DNA from: Eledone cirrhosa
Taxonomy: Eukaryota
Reading direction: 5' to 3'
Length of the DNA: 64,000 nucleotides
NCBI GenBank assembly: GCA_964016885.1
Contig: OZ024761.1
Span: 24,986,001 to 25,050,000 of the forward strand
The notes below the pieces were generated by a model that made no database searches, was not told the DNA's origin, and saw nothing but the letters and a program-made list of their open reading frames with translations. The position numbers and the translations under genes were made by a program. Below are positions 58,241 to 64,000 of this stretch, piece by piece (the stretch's first letter is position 1; each line of letters starts with the position of its first letter).

Positions 58241-58559
58241 CACAAACACACACACACACACACATACATACACATATTTACATACAGATGTGTTTACAGT
58301 ACATACTTCCTCTTCTACCATGAATTAATTTGATATTACATCATTATATAGAACAACCTGATTCCGAACAGCAAAGGCCATTGTAATATTAATAGAATAT
58401 TGAGAATGACGACAGAATGTGTTGGTTGGTAATGGCTGTGTGTTCATTAGTGAACCTCATTTGTTGATATGCGTTTGTATAGAGATCTAGGATGTCTCCT
58501 TTGTGTAGGAGAGACACCGACCTAGTTAATTATGTATTACCCACTGCGACAACAGATTT

Positions 58560-60330
58560 ACGTCTCCCAGCTACGCAAATTGAGTTGCTTGGCATCCTAA
58601 AAGTTTCTAAGCCTTGGCAGGTTTCTTGAGAATTTTAATAGCAGAGGTTTCGGTCCTAATAATATGGTGTTGCATCTAACACCTGTATAGGTTTAGTTGA
58701 AATCCTACAAGGTTTTCTTACCCAAGATATTTCTAGAGGATTTTAATAGAGATCCGGGCCCTAATAATATAGTGATGCAGGTAACTACTATGTAAGTTTA
58801 ATTGTCATCCTACATGGCATTCTTCCCCAGGATATTTCTAGGGAATTTTAATAGAGGTTTCGGCCCTACTAGGATGGTATTTCAGGTTACACCTATGTAG
58901 GTTTTGTTGACAAGTTTTTCTTACCCAGGGTATCTCTCGGGAATTTTAATATAGGTTTCGGCCGTATTATGATGCGCATACAGCTTACACCTATGTATGC
59001 TTAGTTGCCCTCCTACAAGGTTTTAATCCCTAGGAGGTTTCTTGGGAATTTGAAAAACAGAGGTTCCGACCCTATTATAATGATCTCGCAGCTCACACCT
59101 ATGTAGGTCTAGATGATCTCTTACAAGTTTATATACCATAAGAGGTTTTTCTGGAGTTGTAATAGCATAGGCCTCAATCGTAACAAGGTATTGTTACATC
59201 TAATACCTACGTAGTTTTAGTCGATCTCTTTCAAGGTTATATCCTATAGAAGGTTTCTAGGGAGTTTTAATAAAATAGGCCTCCGTGCTATTACGCTATT
59301 ATTACAGCACACACTCATGTAGACTTAGATGACATCCTACATGGTTTCCAGCCCTAGGAGTTTTATCGGATGTATTAATGGCATAGGCCCCATCCGGATT
59401 ATGTTGTTACAGCTTACACTCATATATATTTAGTTGAACTCCTACAACCCTTTCAGCCGTATATGTTTTCTTGGGTGTCTTAGTAGCAAAGGCTGCAGCC
59501 TTATGTTTTTGTTTTATCTCACAAAGATGTACATTCAATTGGCATACTACTAGTTGATATACTATAGGATATTTCTCTTGTGTTTTAATGGTAGAGGCAT
59601 ATGTTCTATTATGTTATTTTAGCTCACACGGATGGAGGTTTAGTTGACCTCCTACAACTTTTTCTTCCTTAGGAGGTTTCTCGAAAGATGTTAGGGTAGA
59701 GGCCTCTGCCCTGTTATGTTACTGTTACAGCTCTCCCCTTTGTAATCTTACTTGACATCCCACAAGGCTTTCATGTAGATTTCTGTGGGGTTTTAATGGT
59801 ATAGAACTCCACCCTATTATATTGTTACAGCTCACACACATTTAGGTTTAGTTAACCTATGTTTTTCGCATTTTTAATATGAGCCTCATTTCTATCATGC
59901 TGTTCTTATATTTCACACCTATATATGTATAGCCAGTCTCGTGCAAGTTTATATCTGATAGGAGAGAGGGAGTGGGAGAGTGATAGAGAGTGGGAGAGAG
60001 ATATGGTAGGGGAGAGAAAGAGATAAAGTAAAATAGATAGGGAAGGGAGAGAAAGAGAGAAAGCAAATCAGAGAGAGATAGAGAGAAAATATCTCATAGG
60101 ATGTTTCAATGGTGTTTTCAAGATAAGAGACTAAAACCTGTCACCTTGTTGTCAGTACTCGCATATCGGCAGGTTTAGCTTTCTTGCTACAAACTGTATC
60201 TCATGAGAGATTCCATGGACGTTTGAGCGGTAGAAACCCAAGCCCTACTATCATTAGTTACAACTCAACCTATATTGGCTTAGCTAACGTCATACTAAGT
60301 TGCAGCTCACAGGCGTTTGGTTTCATAAAA
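58560..60330. repeat. Highly diverged complex tandem array, 105/108-bp unit, about 16 units, interrupted by a GA tract (about 59960-60090)
   Basis: TCCTAC-like marker at 58595, 58703, 58808, 59011, 59119, 59227, 59335, 59440, 59545, 59650, 59758, 59939, 60185 and 60290. Confidence 0.9.
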
Positions 60331-60922
60331 TTAAGGTTTACGTTATCCGTATATTATATAATTTTGTTTTCCGAATTTTTGCATGTTATCTACGTTGAAC
60401 CTTGGTTTATGAAGCTTTCAATTATTATTATTATTATCATCATTTTCAGTATTATTATTATTTCATTATTATCATTATTAGTATTAGTATATGCAAATAC
60501 ATGCATACATATATACATATATATTAATAGAACTCAAATGCTAATAGCTGTGTGTGTTTGTTAATCACTTTTATATTATCTTCTTATTTCCAAATCAATA
60601 ACAGTATTAATAACAACAACATAAACAATAATAATAATAATAATAATAATAATGAATTAAATAACGGTAAAAGGCAATGAAGTGCCCCGCTGTTTATTAT
60701 TCCCTACTATTTTCCGAGGCTTATTTCATTAGCGTCAGAAATTTATATTTGAAGTTAATGTATATAAATTCAATAATGGATTCTTTGCTTAAAGCGCAAC
60801 AACGAATTTATGAGCTTAGCAGCCATTTTGTTTTACTAACTGTTTTTTATATCTTTCGTTCTCTCGCTCAACAATTTTCTCTTCCTCTCTTTCAATTTTG
60901 CATACTGTTGCCTACCTTCCAG

Positions 60923-61077
60923 CAGCAAAAGTTGCGCACAGATGGAAGCAAGCATACATAACCATACACAAACAGCAAGAAAAAGATAAAAAAAAATCCC
61001 CCTCGTTTCTAAACACTAAATATATGTTTCCTATACAAACATACACATTATATTATAATATATATATATATATATAG
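60923..61077 (+). CDS. Candidate terminal exon (AKVAHRWKQAYITIHKQQEKDKKKSPSFLNTKYMFPIQ..*)
   Basis: Perfect branch point TACTAAC 60834-60840, then an 80-nt AG-free pyrimidine tract and a CAG|CAG acceptor. Confidence 0.4.
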
Positions 61078-61180
61078 AAACACACATAACACGTGCAAAA
61101 GCTTTGGCATACACAGGACAAACAGCGGGCATTATCACATCCAGGGACGCATAAAAATAAAGAACTTTTCTAAACGCCTC

Positions 61181-61236
<56 letters not shown>

Positions 61237-61673
61237 GCCACTTTCGTACGTTCCGCATCAAAAGAAGGGAAACACACCTGCATACCTTCGAATTCACACG
61301 TTTACATTACAGCTTTAAACACCCACTCTTGGGACAAAATAGTGTGATTATATGCATGCATTTGTGTGTATATATATATATATATGTGTGTATGTGTATG
61401 TATATATATATGTGTGTATATATGTGTGTGTATATATATATATATATATGTGTGTATGTGCGTATATATGTTTGTGTATATATATATATATGTGTGTATG
61501 TGTATACATATATATATGTGTGTGTGTATATATACATATGTATACATGTGTATGTGTGTAGATGTATATATATGTTTGTGTGTGTATACATATATATATG
61601 TGTGTATGTATATATACATATGTATACATGTGTATATGTGTGTAGATATATTTATATATATATATATATATGC

Positions 61674-61709
<36 letters not shown>

Positions 61710-61711
61710 GC

Positions 61712-61745
<34 letters not shown>

Positions 61746-61747
61746 GC

Positions 61748-61779
<32 letters not shown>

Positions 61780-61898
61780 GCGTGTGTGTGTATATATATT
61801 CATATGTATATATGCGTGTGTGTGTGTATATACATATATATATATGCGTGTGTGTGTATATATATTCATATGTATATATGCGTGTGTGTGTGTACATA

Positions 61899-61929
<31 letters not shown>

Positions 61930-62049
61930 GCGTGTGTGTGTATATACATATATATATATATGCGTGCGTGCGTTCGTGTGTGTATATATATATGCGTGTG
62001 TGTGTGTGTATATATATATATATGCGTGTGTGTATATATATATATATGC

Positions 62050-62081
<32 letters not shown>

Positions 62082-62107
62082 GCGTGTGTGTATATATATA
62101 TATATGC

Positions 62108-62143
<36 letters not shown>

Positions 62144-62559
62144 GCATCTATGTACTTATGTATCTAGGAACGTATGCATGTACGATTCTATGTAGATATA
62201 TTTATTTTTATATGAATATATACTTATATATAATTACCCATATACATACATACATACATACTCACATACGTATATACATTCGTACATACCTACATGCAGT
62301 TATATATTTGTGATGTATTCAAACTAAGAGCGCAGAGCAGGTGGGAAAATCTAGCGTATCAATGAACAGAAATCTGCAAGTTTCTATACCCGTTCTATGT
62401 ATATATAACTGATTGTTGTATCCCAAATGTATTCCATTGAAATAAAAATACCACAAGTACATAAATAACCAATTTTTATTTGAGTTTGGTTTGATGCTCA
62501 TTGAATATCTTGTCATTTTATTGAAGTAAAATTGAATGAATGAGATCTGTGGTGAGAAG

Positions 62560-63412
62560 TGGTGGAGAGGGTGTGGTGGAGAGGGTGTGGGATAGGTGGA
62601 GAGTGTAAGAGATAGGGGAATGTGGCAGAGGTGGAGAGTGTGGGAGAGGGGAATGTGGGAGAGGTGGGGAATGTGGGAAAGTGTGGGAGAGGTGGAGAGT
62701 GTAAGAGATAGGGGAATGTGGGAGAGGTGGGGAATGTGGCAGAGATGGGAGAGGGGAATGGGGGACAGTGTGGGAGAGGAGAATGGGGGACAGTGTGAGA
62801 GAGGAGAATAGGGGACAGTGTGAGAGAGGAGAATGGGGGACAGTGTGAGAGAGGGGAATGGGGGACAGTGTGAGAGAGGGGATTGTGGGAGAGGTGGAAA
62901 GAGTGTAAGAGTTGGCGAAAATGGAGTAAAACGAGTGAAATGTGTAGAACGGAAGTGTTTGGGAAGAGATGAAGGAGAACCTAGAGCACCAGCTCCAAGA
63001 GAGAGAGGAAGGTGAGAGAGAGAGAGGAAGGTGAGAGAGAGAGGAAGGTGAGAGAGAGAGAGGAAGGTGAGAGAGAGAAAAAAGATGCAGAAATGAGAGC
63101 ACGAGAGAGAAAGAGAGTGACAGAGAAAGAGACAGGACAGAGAAAGAGACAGGATGAGTGTAAGTGGGAGGGGAGAACGATGAAGTGGAGGACACTGTAG
63201 TAGCGTTGAAAAGAAGAATTAAAGATTAAAAGGAGAGATAAAACAAGAAGTGAGAGGGGGGGGGGCAAGAGATGAGAGGGAGGTGATGAAGTACGAAAGA
63301 TAAAAGAGAAGTAAGATGTAAAGAAGATTTGTGAGTTTTTGATAGAGGAAGAAGGTTATCTCATTAGGTAGCAGAAGAGGAGGGGGAAAGAGTGTCTGAG
63401 AGAGAGAGAGTG

Positions 63413-63487
<75 letters not shown>

Positions 63488-64000
63488 AGAGATGAGAGAG
63501 TGATAAGAGAGAGATGAGAGAGTGATAAGAGAGAGATGAGAGAGTGATAAGAGAGAGATGAGAGAGTGATAAGAGAGAGATGAGAGAGTGATAAGAGAGA
63601 GATGAGAGAGAGATGAGAGAGTGATAAGATAGAGATGAGAGAGAGATGAGAGAGAGATGAGAGAGAGATGAGAGAGAGATGAGAGAGAGATGAGAGAGAG
63701 ATGAGAGAGAGATGAGAGAAAGAGATGAGAGAGAGAGAAAGAGATGAGAGAGAGATAAGGGAGAGAGATAAGGGAGAGAGATATAAGGGAGAGAGATATA
63801 AGGGAGAGAGATATAAGGGAGAGAGATATAAGGGAGAAAGATATAAGGGAGAAAGATATAAGGGAGAAAGATATAAGGGAGAAAGATATAAGGGAGAAAG
63901 ATATAAGGGAGAAAGATATAAGGGAGAAAGATATAGGAGAGAGAGCGAGATAAAAGAGAGAGATAGAGATAAAAGAGAGAGATAGAGATAAAATAGAGAG
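62560..64000. repeat. Purine-rich minisatellites including (GAGAGATATAAGGGA)n and (GAGAGATGAGAGAGTGATAAGA)n
   Basis: Direct reading. Confidence 0.9.

Noticed and set aside
58560-60330. Array read as a CRISPR array or an active 36-aa protein repeat
   Set aside because: The whole unit is homologous (no unique spacers), the context is eukaryotic with no cas genes, and every frame has recurrent stops

Overview
Animal genomic DNA, extremely rich in simple repeats: (TA)n, (CA)n, (GA)n, (CAT/CAC/CAA)n and minisatellites. The repeat families suggest an octopus-like cephalopod (inference). There is a 200-N scaffold gap at 38396-38595. Nearly all ORFs in the supplied track are microsatellite artefacts, and no gene could be named. 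Supportable content: about 12 copies of one tRNA-derived SINE; a hAT/Charlie-type MITE; a CRE-clade retrotransposon endonuclease remnant; a Penelope-like GIY-YIG remnant; several families of palindromic (TA)n-embedded elements carrying complete or partial hammerhead ribozyme cores; stacked Tx1/L1 3' ends in (TAGA)n; an RTE-like 5' UTR fragment; and several low-to-moderate confidence spliced exons with one X-box/E-box promoter-like island. The most unusual unexplained structure is a roughly 16-unit, 105/108-bp tandem array at 58560-60330. It is highly diverged by substitution, almost free of indels, non-coding in all frames, and has a partly co-varying hairpin.
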